A stretch of DNA of 63,389 nucleotides, filler included, from Octopus bimaculoides (lineage: Eukaryota): assembly GCF_001194135.2 (NCBI RefSeq). It is 7 parts of 6 records of this genome, joined end to end, with 100 filler letters (N's around TTAATTAATTAA, not from the genome) between each part and the next. Parts side by side here need not be neighbours in the genome. Positions count along the whole stretch, not along the records: positions 1 to 29,134 come from NC_068981.1; positions 29,235 to 34,834 come from NC_068983.1; positions 34,935 to 40,633 come from NC_068987.1; positions 40,734 to 49,690 come from NC_069002.1; 3 more parts are not named here. One strand, 5' to 3'. The translations under genes were made by a program, and so were the position numbers. The notes beneath the pieces are model-generated. The model was not told the origin of the DNA and made no database searches. It worked only from the letters and a program-made list of their open reading frames with translations. Shown here in pieces: positions 28,201-40,959 of this stretch; position 1 is the stretch's first letter; every line of letters begins with the position of its first letter.

Positions 28201-29234
28201 ATGTATGTGATATATAATTTGCACGAGCACGAGCGCACATATAAGTCAGGGATAACTTGACAAGCAATCATAAGGGGAGATAATTCAAAGGAATTAAAAA
28301 ATTCTCACGATTAACAGAAAATATGATTTAAGGTAGCAACGACGCCATTCATATTCTTGCCATATTGGACCTCTTCCGTGCAGTACAGTCAGCATCGACC
28401 TGCTTGATTAATCGAAAACAATTTTTTGACTATTGAAGAATGATTAGAAATATTTTGGCTGACATTAAGTTGCATATAATAAGAAAATTGACCTAAGGGA
28501 AACAACTCTTATTTAAGATAAGGGAATTAACTTAAAATTTAATTTCATAAATATATGCTTGATGCTTTCATTTTTTTTGTTTTCGAATTATGATGTCTAG
28601 AGTTACGTCGCTTACAAAGTTGAAGGGATACTGAATAAAAATAAAAATAAAAAGCAAAAGAAACATTTTGAAAGAAGCGATTGTAGGGATTAAAGAAACT
28701 AACTTCTCTTTTCAAAAATTTTTTTAGTTTTCTGTAAGAAATTTATTGCCTTTTATAAAAAAAATCAGTGAGCAAATAATGATCTTTGGGCTGAAGGCTA
28801 AAATTTTAAAGTCTCACGTGTCTTATTTGGAAAGCTCCAGTAAAGGAAATATAAGTTGAGATGGTTGATAACTCGTATTCTTAATTTTTTTTTTTTTTTT
28901 TACATATTTTGACAGAAACAAGACAAAAATGCAAAAAAGGAAAGAGAAAAAAAAGCAAAGAAACAAAAACACACCACTTTTATTCCATAATATTTTACAC
29001 AAAAAGAAAGGATTGCCTGAATGAAATTAACAGAAATTATTGCCAGGAGTGTAGCACAAATGAATCTAAAGGTCTAGCTTTTTTATATATTGGTAATGCA
29101 ACATACCTAAATATAGAAATTAAAGTATTAAATANNNNNNNNNNNNNNNNNNNNNNNNNNNNNNNNNNNNNNNNNNNNTTAATTAATTAANNNNNNNNNN
29201 NNNNNNNNNNNNNNNNNNNNNNNNNNNNNNNNNN

Positions 29235-29288
29235 GGCTGATGAGGAATAGACAAATGGTAAGAATTTGTTAAATCCGAAACCGGTTCC
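29235..29288 (+). ncRNA. Type I hammerhead ribozyme (stem I cut by assembly gap)
   Basis: GG, CTGATGA (29237-43), GGAATAGACAAAT/ATTTGTTAAATCC, GAAA (29277-80), CCGG, TT, CC. Confidence 0.65.
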
Positions 29289-30443
29289 TGTTTAAGAATG
29301 CTTTTTTAGGTGATTTTAAATGTCTTGCCCACTCACGTTTTGGTATGCTGCTATATTTCATGTTGAGAACAATTTAGGTCTTAATAGACACATGATGTGA
29401 TCTATTTCTAGCGCATTAATTGTCCACGTTAGTGGTCGACGTTATTTTTTAAAATGTACCTTACTCTCCTGAGATTGCAGATAATATTCCTGAATCTCTT
29501 TGATTCTTTAGTTGTGCTGGCCTCCTGATAATTAATCGATATTAATTAATATATGACTAATTACCAGATTTTATAATAATATTATATATATATATATATA
29601 TATTCTACGCTTACATTTGTATGCATGATGTATGTGCATCTGTGGTTAGGTATATATCAGTTCAAAATTTGATCTAATTTCCTTTGAAGGTTATATATGA
29701 AGAATCATACAGATTGTATGAGAAGGTGACTGGTCAAGATGTGGAAGATAAAAATCGAGCATTATTTGATTATATGATGCTTTCCTCTGCGGTTTTACAG
29801 CTATGTGTGGTTTTACTACCTGGTAACATATGCGTCGTTCTTTTCTATTATATCTCACTAATATGCAGAAGTAGGCAAGAAGACAGAATCGTTGATACAC
29901 GTGCTCAGATTTACATAGAAGATGTCAGAATTTGGTTAGTGAATTGTATCTGTTGTAAAGAAAGATAACTAAAATCTTGTAATAATCAACAGCTTTATTT
30001 TTATGGCTTCGTCAAAGGAGCGAAATCAGTGGCTTTTATCCTTTTGCCCAATAAAACTAGATATTAGCAACACTAACTGATATTTGGAAGAACATAATCT
30101 CAGTCGACTGATATATTTATATGCGTTTATATGTGAGATTTTCACAAGTCAGGAAGAAGAATGCATACATACCAGAATGTTCGAAATACACTTACCCATA
30201 CACTTATTCCATAATTCGTGGAGTAAATAAATTAACAATGAGGCTCACTGATATCGCTAAAAGCATTAAACATTAGTTTTATTAAACAATATGCATAGGT
30301 TGTGAGTGGTAAGATGAAGAAGAATGAAATGTGGCCGAGTGACATCTCAATGGACATAAATCCTTATCTCTGCTGAAGATCATAAAGGATTTCCAGAAAT
30401 TTACAAGCACAAGTCAAGGGAAGACGTCAATATCAAACCAGAC

Positions 30444-30917
30444 TAAGGCGGCGAGCTGACGGAAATGTTAGCATGCTAGGGCGGCGAGCTGGCAGAAACG
30501 TTAGCACGCCGGGCAAAATGCCTAGCGGTATTTCCTCTGCCCTTACGTTCTGAGTTCAAATTCCGCCGAGGTCGACTTTGCATTTCATCCTTTCGGGGTC
30601 GATAAATTAAGTACCAGTTACGTACTGGGGTCGTGGTAATCGACTTAATCTCTTTGTCTGTCTGTTTTAATCCTTGTTTGTCCTCTCTATGTTTATCCCC
30701 TTGTGGGCAATAAAGATATAAGAAATGTAAGCACCCCGGGCGAAATGCATAATGGTATTTCGTCTGCTTTTATGTTCTGAATTCAAATTCTGTCGAGGTC
30801 GACTTTCCATGTCATCCTTTCGGGGTTGATGAATTAGGTACCAGTTGCGTAGTGGGATCAATCTAATCGACTGACTCCTCCCCAACAATTTCGAGCCTTG
30901 TGCCTAGAGTAGAAAAG
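30444..30917 (+). mobile_element. Dimeric family D SINE with 15-bp TSD
   Basis: AATATCAAACCAGAC at 30429-30443 and 30918-30932 flanks a doubled leader plus two tandem body units. Confidence 0.9.
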
Positions 30918-31939
30918 AATATCAAACCAGACCACAAAACGAAAACAGATAACAAAACCACATCTAAGCCCGTAAATGTTCTCTGTCATAGGTGCAGAGG
31001 TAACTGTTCTCTGTCATAGCAGGAGGTACAAAAACATTTTGCTGCTTGTAATTTAGCAAAAAACTATTTCATGACTCTTCACCCACAGAAGCAGAGAAGA
31101 TACAAGGAAAGAGAACAATAGAATTATGGATGAAATGTCCAAAAATATCTGCTCTTCTCCAAACGGTACAGGTCAAGGACACCTATACTTTGTTGCCAGA
31201 AGCTACTCAAGAGAGGGTGAAAGAGATTTGTTAGTAGCAATGGTAAATGTAACAACAGCAGAACACTATGTCACAACACCATAGTTCACAAATTCAGAGA
31301 TTACAACCACGATAAATACACAAAATTCTAATTGACCTGCCTTTGGAAAGTTAAACTACGAACTCATACACAGAATAGGTTGTGATGCAACGAGTTTAAA
31401 CTATATATCCTAATCAGTGAAGTGCAAACAAAGCAGTAATATATGAGGCACTGGAAAGCCAGGTTCATAGTTAAAACATTAGAAATTTACTAGAATTTGC
31501 TAAAACTGGCAAATCCTGATAACGTGTGTTATCTCCTATCTCAGACCATACTATATTAATGGGCACATTTGAGTTCAGGGAGCTCCAGATGTTTCTGCTG
31601 CATTTTCATGTTATGTTTAATAGAAGCTATGATTCTCATACAAAAAAAAATCAACAATTATGCATTATTGACATGCCTCCAATGATAATCACCAGATGGA
31701 ATTAACTTCTGAATGGGCATACACAATGATGACACATGTGATTGAAGGAATATAAAGATTAACTCGTCAGAGCATCGATAGCAGAGGTTTATTGAAAGAT
31801 GAAAATCTTAGAAAATGTTGTGCAGACTATACCTTCATTGACTACCTACATGAACCTTGGAATACTATTTAAAAAATGCTAAAATTGCTAAAAGTGTGCG
31901 TTGAGAGCGGGGAGGAGTTGTGGTAAAAGTATATTTTAC

Positions 31940-32575
31940 TTGTGACAAACAAGTTAATTCTTGGACGGTAATATGCCATACGGTTTCACCATTTTGTCCA
32001 CAAATTCTGCACTTATCACTTTCTGATGGGCTTGCTCTTGGGCTGTACAGATTAAAGCCTCCTTGTCCGGTTTTAAATCACTTTTAGTCATCTATAATAT
32101 TCTTTTTCCCCGTTTGTCATATCTTCGACATCCCTATGAAAATTTCTAAGAATTATTTTCTTTATCCACCTATTTTCAGTTTCATTCATTCTCAATTATT
32201 AATATTATTATTATTGTGCAGTAGTTTTATTTTTATAACGTGCTTTCACTTCACTACCGAGCGCAGCTCTGTGCACCTTGGGTATGTGCTGTGGTTTGCT
32301 GCTGTGCTCTTATGTTTACTGTATTGAAAGTGTTTTGCGTAGAATGTGTGCAGTACCCAGTAGTGCAATTTTCTGTATGTTATATATATTTGTAAGTCCT
32401 GGTGTTTTTGTTATGTATTTGTCTGAATATTTTTTTATTATACCTAAGGCACCTACTATGATAGGAATTGTTTCTGTTTTTAGATTCCACATTCGAGTTA
32501 TCTCTATTTGCAGGTCTTTGTATTTTGAAAGTTTTTCCATTTCTTTTAGAGAAACGTTGTCATCTGCTGGTATTG
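31940..32575 (-). mobile_element. R4/Dong-type RLE retrotransposon fragments (two nested pieces)
   Basis: ORF 32316-32540 EKLSKYKDLQIEITRMWNLKTETIPIIVGALG...QKIALLGTAHILRK; 3' UTR ends at an (ATT)n near 32220. 31960-32200 is a diverged copy of 34060-34330. Confidence 0.9.
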
Positions 32576-33464
32576 ANNNNNNNNNNNNNNNNNNNNNNNN
32601 NNNNNNNNNNNNNNNNNNNNNNNNNNNNNNNNNNNNNNNNNNNNNNNNNNNNNNNNNNNNNNNNNNNNNNNNNNNNNNNNNNNNNNNNNNNNNNNNNNNN
32701 NNNNNNNNNNNNNNNNNNNNNNNNNNNNNNNNNNNNNNNNNNNNNNNNNNNNNNNNNNNNNNNNNNNNNNNNNNNNNNNNNNNNNNNNNNNNNNNNNNNN
32801 NNNNNNNNNNNNNNNNNNNNNNNNNNNNNNNNNNNNNNNNNNNNNNNNNNNNNNNNNNNNNNNNNNNNNNNNNNNNNNNNNNNNNNNNNNNNNNNNNNNN
32901 NNNNNNNNNNNNNNNNNNNNNNNNNNNNNNNNNNNNNNNNNNNNNNNNNNNNNNNNNNNNNNNNNNNNNNNNNNNNNNNNNNNNNNNNNNNNNNNNNNNN
33001 NNNNNNNNNNNNNNNNNNNNNNNNNNNNNNNNNNNNNNNNNNNNNNNNNNNNNNNNNNNNNNNNNNNNNNNNNNNNNNNNNNNNNNNNNNNNNNNNNNNN
33101 NNNNNNNNNNNNNNNNNNNNNNNNNNNNNNNNNNNNNNNNNNNNNNNNNNNNNNNNNNNNNNNNNNNNNNNNNNNNNNNNNNNNNNNNNNNNNNNNNNNN
33201 NNNNNNNNNNNNNNNNNNNNNNNNNNNNNNNNNNNNNNNNNNNNNNNNNNNNNNNNNNNNNNNNNNNNNNNNNNNNNNNNNNNNNNNNNNNNNNNNNNNN
33301 NNNNNNNNNNNNNNNNNNNNNNNNNNNNNNNNNNNNNNNNNNNNNNNNNNNNNNNNNNNNNNNNNNNNNNNNNNNNNNNNNNNNNNNNNNNNNNNNNNNN
33401 NNNNNNNNNNNNNNNNNNNNNNNNNNNNNNNNNNNNNNNNNATTATTATTATTATTATTATTAT

Positions 33465-34600
33465 TGCTTTTGCAGAACTTGTAACGCTGGAGATGTATTA
33501 CAGTGTCAGCTGTTCACTACAAGTGAACTAAAGTAACACATCTTATTTTTCGAGGACTTTCCGGAGTATTCGAGCGGTTCCAAGCAGTGCTGTTTTCTGC
33601 AAGTGCTCCACCCTTATTGCAGCCCCTATTTGTTCCACTTACTTCTCGAAACTTTTTGCTCACTGTTCCTAGGGCTCCGACAATTATTGGCACTACTGCT
33701 ACCTTTTTCAACAACCAGAGCTGCTTAACTTCCCAAGCTAACCTGCCATATCTCTCGACTTTTCTTTCTTCCTTATCGCATAGCTTCTTGTAGGCTGGGC
33801 ACGCTATATCTATGATCCAACATAGCATGTTTTCTTTCTCAATGAATACTATGTCTGGCTTCCTATTCTCTATCTCATGTTCGCACTGAATTATACAATA
33901 CCATAGGATATTTGCATTTATATATTCGGTGATGCCTCCAGTTTTGTGGTCGTACCAATTTTTGCTCTGTCACGTCCATACTTGTTGCTAGTGTCCAATA
34001 GACAAGCCTGGATACATTGTCGTGGCGCCTCATATGTTCCTTCTGGGCGAGTGGCGTACATTGACTGGTAATATGCCATACGGATTCACCGTTTTGTCCA
34101 CAGATTCTGCACTTATCACTTTCTGATATGTCGTCTATTCTGTATTTTATGTAGTTTGTTCTTAGACCTTGCTCTTGGGCAGCACAGATTAGAGCCTCCA
34201 TTTTCGGTTTTAAATCACTTTTAGTTATCTATAGCCATCTTTGTCTGTCTAATCTTCAACATCCCTATGAAATTGCCCAAGCATTCTTTTCTTTGCCCAC
34301 CTATTTTCAGTTCCATTCGTTTTCAATTTCTTGTATAGTGCTTTATCGTTGCAATCTTTCATCCTACACATGCCTGACCTTACTTCTAATAATAGCGGGT
34401 CTGTGGCATTTTTTACATACAATGCTATGTTGTTTTCTTTTGCTCTAATGCTGTGTTCGCATCTAATAAGTTCTTTTCCCTTCTTTTTCTTGGTACATGC
34501 ATTCTGTCAGTGTCAATTTTTGGGTGGAGTAACCCATATCTATTTTGCAACTTCCTTGTCTTTCTAAGTTGTTTAGTTCGTCTACTGTCCATGTGATTAC
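33465..34600 (-). mobile_element. R4/Dong-type RLE retrotransposon (RT C-terminus, CCHC knuckle, RLE)
   Basis: GLLHPKIDTDRMHVPRK; EALICAAQEQGLRTN...CRICGQNGESVWHITSQC (CCHC); IIDIACP...KEERKVERYGRLAWEVKQLW...VVPIIVGALG; bounded by triplet microsatellites. Confidence 0.9.
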
Positions 34601-34644
34601 CCGTTATCATCATCATCATCGTTATCATCATCATTATTACTATT

Positions 34645-34675
<31 letters not shown>

Positions 34676-34726
34676 TTATTATTATTATTATTATTATTAT
34701 CATTATTATTATTATTATTATTACTA

Positions 34727-34834
34727 TTCAGTAGTTTTATTTTTATAACGTGCTTTCACTTCACTACCGAGCGCAGCTCTGTGCGCCTTGGGTATGTGCT
34801 GTGGTTTGCTGTGGTGCTCTTATGTTTACTGTAT
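34727..34834 (-). mobile_element. R4/Dong-type 3' UTR, near-identical to 32220-32325
   Basis: CAGTAGTTTTATTTTTATAACGTGCTTTCACTTCACTACCGAGCGCAGCTCTGTGC... directly after (ATT)n. Confidence 0.85.
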
Positions 34835-37800
34835 NNNNNNNNNNNNNNNNNNNNNNNNNNNNNNNNNNNNNNNNNNNNTTAATTAATTAANNNNNNNNNN
34901 NNNNNNNNNNNNNNNNNNNNNNNNNNNNNNNNNNATGGTGGTGGTGGTGGCAGTGCCTGTGTTGGTAGTTCTGGTGGTGGTGGCGGTGGGGATGGTGGAC
35001 TTTGTGCTGTTGGAATAGTTTGTTATTCATAGTGCTGGTGGTGGGTGCCGAGGTCATGGAGTAGTTTGGTGATGGCAATGTGGGTGACGGTGGTGACGGC
35101 ATTCACTGACGTTTGGTGGTGGCGGTGATGGCGGTGGTGGTCGCTTTCGTACGGTCCAACATACCAAGAACGAACTGTTCTGCAAGGTGAAGACATTCCT
35201 CACTGACTACTTAATTGAGATAAATATTCTCGATGTGCTTTTACCATTTTCTCACTCCTCCATTTCTCCACCGTCTTCGTAATTGTCACCACACTGATGT
35301 ATTCAATGTCGATCTTATTAGTTCTCTCGTTCCGTTGACTCTTCGGATCTAGCATGTGTCTGGAATGAATCTGTGTATACTACATAGGGTAGCAGTTATG
35401 TGCATGTCTGGTCGTTACATCTATAGCTCTATGTGTGTGTGTGCGTATGTATATATGTGTGCATATATATATGTATACATACATATATATATATANNNNN
35501 NNNNNTTCTCTTTAACCCGGGCAACGCCGGGTATTTCTGCTAGTAGCTTATAAAAATGTATCATTACACTGAATATGAAATCAATTCCAACAATTGATGC
35601 TGGCAACCAAACAGACTAGATCCGGCGATGGTCCAGCATCGCCGCAGTCAAATGACAGAGACAAGTCAAAGAATAAAAGAATACCAACACGCGCACGCAC
35701 ACAGAACCAAACACACAAATGCACACATCGAATACCAATCGTATAAGGAGAATATAGCTGGAGAAGAATTAATGAGAGTAAAAGAGGTGGTGCCAGAGAG
35801 GCAAAGAGAGGGTCTGGAGAGAGGTAGAACTGGAAGTGATGGGACCCTGTAGGGGGTTATTTACTTTAGATACACTAACCTAAGAATCAGTCCCAGAAAC
35901 GTTGACCCGGTCAGTTGAATCTGTCCTGACATACACCAACCCCACCAACCTTCCAATGTCAGCGAAGAAATCAGCGGCAACAAGAAAGATAGATAGACAA
36001 AGCAAAACAAAAACAAAAAAATTGTTAAAATATACCAAGCTTTTCAATCAAGTATTTAGCAGCCAATGACGACCACAAGTAATTAAGAAAATATTAATAT
36101 CAATTAGGAGATGACATTTACAATGGAAAAGAGGCGCTGAACTCAGCTTGGCACGCGAACTCTTTAGATATGTAATGCAGTAATCTACTAAAGCGCTTTG
36201 TAAAGCTGACNNNNNNNNNNNNNNNNNNNNNNNNNNNNNNNNNNNNNNNNNNNNNNNNNNNNNNNNNNNNNNNNNNNNNNNNNNNNNNNNNNNNNNNNNN
36301 NNNNNNNNNNNNNNNNNNNNNNNNNNNNNNNNNNNNNNNNNNNNNNNNNNNNNNNNNNNNNNNNNNNNNNNNNNNNNNNNNNNNNNNNNNNNNNNNNNNN
36401 NNNNNNNNNNNNNNNNNNNNNNNNNNNNNNNNNNNNNNNNNNNNNNNNNNNNNNNNNNNNNNNNNNNNNNNNNNNNNNNNNNNNNNNNNNNNNNNNNNNN
36501 NNNNNNNNNNNNNNNNNNNNNNNNNNNNNNNNNNNNNNNNNNNNNNNNNNNNNNNNNNNNNNNNNNNNNNNNNNNNNNNNNNNNNNNNNNNNNNNNNNNN
36601 NNNNNNNNNNNNNNNNNNNNNNNNNNNNNNNNNNNNNNNNNNNNNNNNNNNNNNNNNNNNNNNNNNNNNNNNNNNNNNNNNNNNNNNNNNNNNNNNNNNN
36701 NNNNNNNNNNNNNNNNNNNNNNNNNNNNNNNNNNNNNNNNNNNNNNNNNNNNNNNNNNNNNNNNNNNNNNNNNNNNNNNNNNNNNNNNNNNNNNNNNNNN
36801 NNNNNNNNNNNNNNNNNNNNNNNNNNNNNNNNNNNNNNNNNNNNNNNNNNNNNNNNNNNNNNNNNNNNNNNNNNNNNNNNNNNNNNNNNNNNNNNNNNNN
36901 NNNNNNNNNNNNNNNNNNNNNNNNNNNNNNNNNNNNNNNNNNNNNNNNNNNNNNNNNNNNNNNNNNNNNNNNNNNNNNNNNNNNNNNNNNNNNNNNNNNN
37001 NNNNNNNNNNNNNNNNNNNNNNNNNNNNNNNNNNNNNNNNNNNNNNNNNNNNNNNNNNNNNNNNNNNNNNNNNNNNNNNNNNNNNNNNNNNNNNNNNNNN
37101 NNNNNNNNNNNNNNNNNNNNNNNNNNNNNNNNNNNNNNNNNNNNNNNNNNNNNNNNNNNNNNNNNGGAGAGAGAGAGAGGGAGAGAGAGAGAGAGGGAGA
37201 GAGAGAGAGAGAGCGCGTATTTGACTTTTGGTGTTTGGCATTGTGCTGGTGGAGTATTATTATTCAATATATAGACGAAGTCTTAGAATAGGTGAGAAAG
37301 CAGCCAGTGGCCTCTCGCGATATTGTACATAAATATATTGTTACTCATTAGCGTTACTCATGTGTTGCTACGTCAAGTCTGAGATTCGTGTGTGCATGCA
37401 TGGATGTACGTATATGTATAAGAGTGTGTGTATGTGTGCGTAAATATATGTGTGTGTGTGTGGATGTATGTATATTCTTTTATTCTTTTACTTGTTTAAG
37501 TCATTTTGACTGTGGCCATGCTACGGCACCGCCTTTAGTCGAGCAAATCGACCCCAAGACTTATTCTTTGTAAGCCTGGTACTTATTCTAACGGTTTCTT
37601 TTGCCGAACCGCTAAGTCACGGGGACGTGAACACAATAAGATCGGTAGTCAAGCGATGGTAAGGGGACAAACACAAACACAAAACACAATTATATACATA
37701 TATGTATACCTTCGAAACGCTTAGTTTAGAATAGGGGCAACTGATGAAGGAAATATTCTTTATGTGGCCTGTTTGTTTTCTGTGCTCTGTTTAAGTTCTG

Positions 37801-38252
37801 TTTTTCATTTTGACCACGTTTTTTTGTGACGTCCTGTACCCAGATATGCATCTATATATACATGTAGATGTAGGTATGTACATACATGTACGTATATATG
37901 CATATACTTACATACTATTTGTATTATTATATGATCAAACGCATACGTCCTTTTGCAAGTAAGTTTTAACTTACTTGCAAGTAAGAATTTCACTGGAAAA
38001 TTAGATATAAGATTGCCAGGATTTTGTCTCTCTCACCAATGGTCAGTGGCTATCGAACGCCGACGAAGGGAAATAACCCTGAAATCCGGATCCGTTCGTG
38101 CTACAGATCATGGTGAGAGGGATAACTTCCCTTGGCAAACAGGACACAGTAGTGTGTCGATAAGCCAGTTGGAGGAGATGTCCTCCTGGGGCTAAAAGCA
38201 ACAGTAACATCCACCCCTAGGGGTCAGCCACACTTAAGTGGCAATATACTAC

Positions 38253-38285
<33 letters not shown>

Positions 38286-38627
38286 NNNNNNNNNNNNNNN
38301 NNNNNNNNNNNNNNNNNNNNNNNNNNNNNNNNNNNNNNNNNNNNNNNNNNNNNNNNNNNNNNNNNNNNNNNNNNNNNNNNNNNNNNNNNNNNNNNNNNNN
38401 NNNNNNNNNNNNNNNNNNNNNNNNNNNNNNNNNNNNNNNNNNNNNNNNNNNNNNNNNNNNNNNNNNNNNNNNNNNNNNNNNNNNNNNNNNNNNNNNNNNN
38501 NNNNNNNNNNNNNNNNNNNNNNNNNNNNNNNNNNNNNNNNNNNNNNNNNNNNNNNNNNNNNNNNNNNNNNNNNNNNNNNNNNNNNNNNNNNNNNNNNNNN
38601 NNNNNNNNNNNNNNNNNNNNNNNNNNN

Positions 38628-38936
38628 CCGATCAACGGAACAGCCTGCTCGTGAAATTAGCGTGCAAGTGGCAGAGTACTCCACAGACATGTGTACCCTT
38701 AACGTCGTTCTCGGGGAGATTCAGCGTGACACAGACTGTGATAAAAACAGGAAGAAAGAGTAAGAGAAAGTTGTGCTGAAAGAGTACAGCAGGGTTCACC
38801 ACAATCCCCTGCCGGAGGCTCGTGGAGCTGTAGATGTTTTCGCTCAATAAACACTCAAAATGCCCGGTCTGGGAATCGAAACCGCGATCCTAAGACCGTG
38901 AGTTCGTTGTCCTATCCGCTGGGCCATTGCGCCTCC
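38628..38936 (-). mobile_element. tRNA-derived SINE family E
   Basis: Reverse complement starts GGAGGCGCAATGGCCCAGCGGATAGG...GGTTTCGATTCCCAGACC (A/B boxes); homologous to 55123-55502. Confidence 0.8.
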
Positions 38937-39333
38937 ACACCTTACAGCGATGTGTCCATATAGGCTGAATATTGATTTCTATGATTGTATAGTTATTTTA
39001 TAATGCTTTCAAACTTATGTTAATGATACCTTAATAGATAGTCTTTTTATTTTACTTTCTGTTATTATATTAGAGAAAATATGTGATGTACACAAAACGA
39101 TCTAAGTTTTAAAACCTGACGAGCACCTATTAATTGCACTATGAATTAATTTGTTGTTTTGTTTTTAGTTTTTTGTTTTTTGTTTTTTTCTCATCCTGTA
39201 ATTTGTTATTATTACCTGGATAGAATCTGATACCAGCTCTAAGTGAGCAAGAATTTGTGTATGTAATGTTAGACCTAGCTAGCTAATTAATACTCATTTT
39301 TGCAATTTACGGTACTGCTATACATGTGTGTGT

Positions 39334-39411
<78 letters not shown>

Positions 39412-39429
39412 ATATATGAACATATGTTT

Positions 39430-39845
39430 CTTTTACTTTTATATTCTTTTGCTCGTTCCAATCATTTAACTGCGGCCATGCTGGTGCACCGCCTTTAGTC
39501 GAACAAATCGACCCTAGAAGTAATTCTTTGTAATCCTAGTATTTATTCTATTGGACCTTTCTTGCCGATCCGCTAAGTTATGGGTGCAGCAACATCGGTT
39601 GTCAAGTGACGGTGGGGGGATAAACACAGAAACACACATACATACAAACACATAAACACACACACACACATACATACATACACACACACTCGACGGGGTT
39701 CTTTCAGTTTCCGTCTGCCAAATCCACTCACAAGGCTTTGGTCGGCCCGAGGCTATAGTAGAAGACATTTGCCCAAGGTGCCACACAGTGGGACTGAACC
39801 CGGAACCATGCGGTTGTGAATCAAGCTTCTTACCACACAGCCACC
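39430..39845 (-). mobile_element. SINE family C, near full length
   Basis: Colinear reverse complement of 62862-63270. Confidence 0.85.
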
Positions 39846-40009
39846 CCTGTACATATCTTATTATTCTCGTACTTGTTTTAGTGATTAGACAGCAGCCATC
39901 CTGGAGCACCGACTTGAAGTATTTCAGTCGAACGAAGCGACCCCAGTTATCAAGCAGTGTTTGGAGAACAAACACAGACACAAAGGCGGATCACACCCGA
40001 ACACCCCCA

Positions 40010-40044
<35 letters not shown>

Positions 40045-40443
40045 TCTCTCTCTCTCTGTGTGGCTGTGTAGCATTTTAACTGATCAAATATGGGATCGAT
40101 TAAGTTGTGTGTAAGTGTTACCGTGCAGCATTTTTTACAGGTATGCCACTCTATATGAAACGTACGTAGCTGATAAAATCACCAATAAACTTCCATTGTT
40201 TGCCTCTTTCAGTCATTGCAGGGCATCTAAGTTGGGGATACCGCATTGAAGGATTTTAGCGAAGAATCGAGCCTAATAGTTAGTTCTTGATCCTGTTAAT
40301 TATTCTATCGGTCACTTTGTAGGGAAACAATATGTTACAGGAAGTAAGCAAATCAATCCTGGTTGTCATGCAGTGATAGGAAACAAACACAGTCACACAT
40401 ACTCACATACATACTCACATACATGTATATATACATACATACA

Positions 40444-40479
<36 letters not shown>

Positions 40480-40756
40480 TATATACATAGCACGGAATTT
40501 TGTCAGTGAACAGGTCGCGGTATCAAAGCGACGAAAATATTTTGGCAAATTGAATTTAAATACTGAAGTGAATCTAACGTTTTTGTGTGTTATTTTAAAT
40601 GACTTATAAACACCTTCCACGCTGCAATTGTTTNNNNNNNNNNNNNNNNNNNNNNNNNNNNNNNNNNNNNNNNNNNNTTAATTAATTAANNNNNNNNNNN
40701 NNNNNNNNNNNNNNNNNNNNNNNNNNNNNNNNNTAAACTTTTACCTTATTTCTAAC

Positions 40757-40827
40757 GGTTAGACCTATAGGTTTCGAATCTTTTTAGTAAATAAAAAGAT
40801 TTACTAGGCAAATTCTCTTCAGTAACC
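40757..40827 (-). ncRNA. Apparently intact type I hammerhead ribozyme (GUC cleavage site)
   Basis: Reverse complement: GGTTA, CTGAAGA, GAAT-TTGCC-TAGTAAAT-CTTTTT-ATTTACTA-AAAAG-ATTC, GAAA, CCTATAGG, TC, TAACC. All core nucleotides and all three helices are present. Confidence 0.9.
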
Positions 40828-40959
40828 AGCCGTCAAAGCTTAACGTATAACTATGAGACAAAAGGCAAAATGCACATGTCTTCCAGATATACGTTTTAAT
40901 TGCTAGGACCAATTGCACAACACCTAAAACAACAGGTATCTTGCCTTCAATCAATGTGA

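Noticed and set aside
29684-29968. 94-aa ORF as a single-exon gene
   Set aside because: No true ATG start, no recognisable domain, and it contains an intron-like pyrimidine tract; kept only as weak exon candidates.
30230-31900. Unique-looking region possibly derived from LTR gag-pol
   Set aside because: No diagnostic motif was recovered by manual translation; left unassigned.
37705-37765. CCTT-CGAAACG...CTGATGA-AGG as a permuted hammerhead
   Set aside because: No U16.1 and no stem I pairing; at most scrambled pLTR debris.
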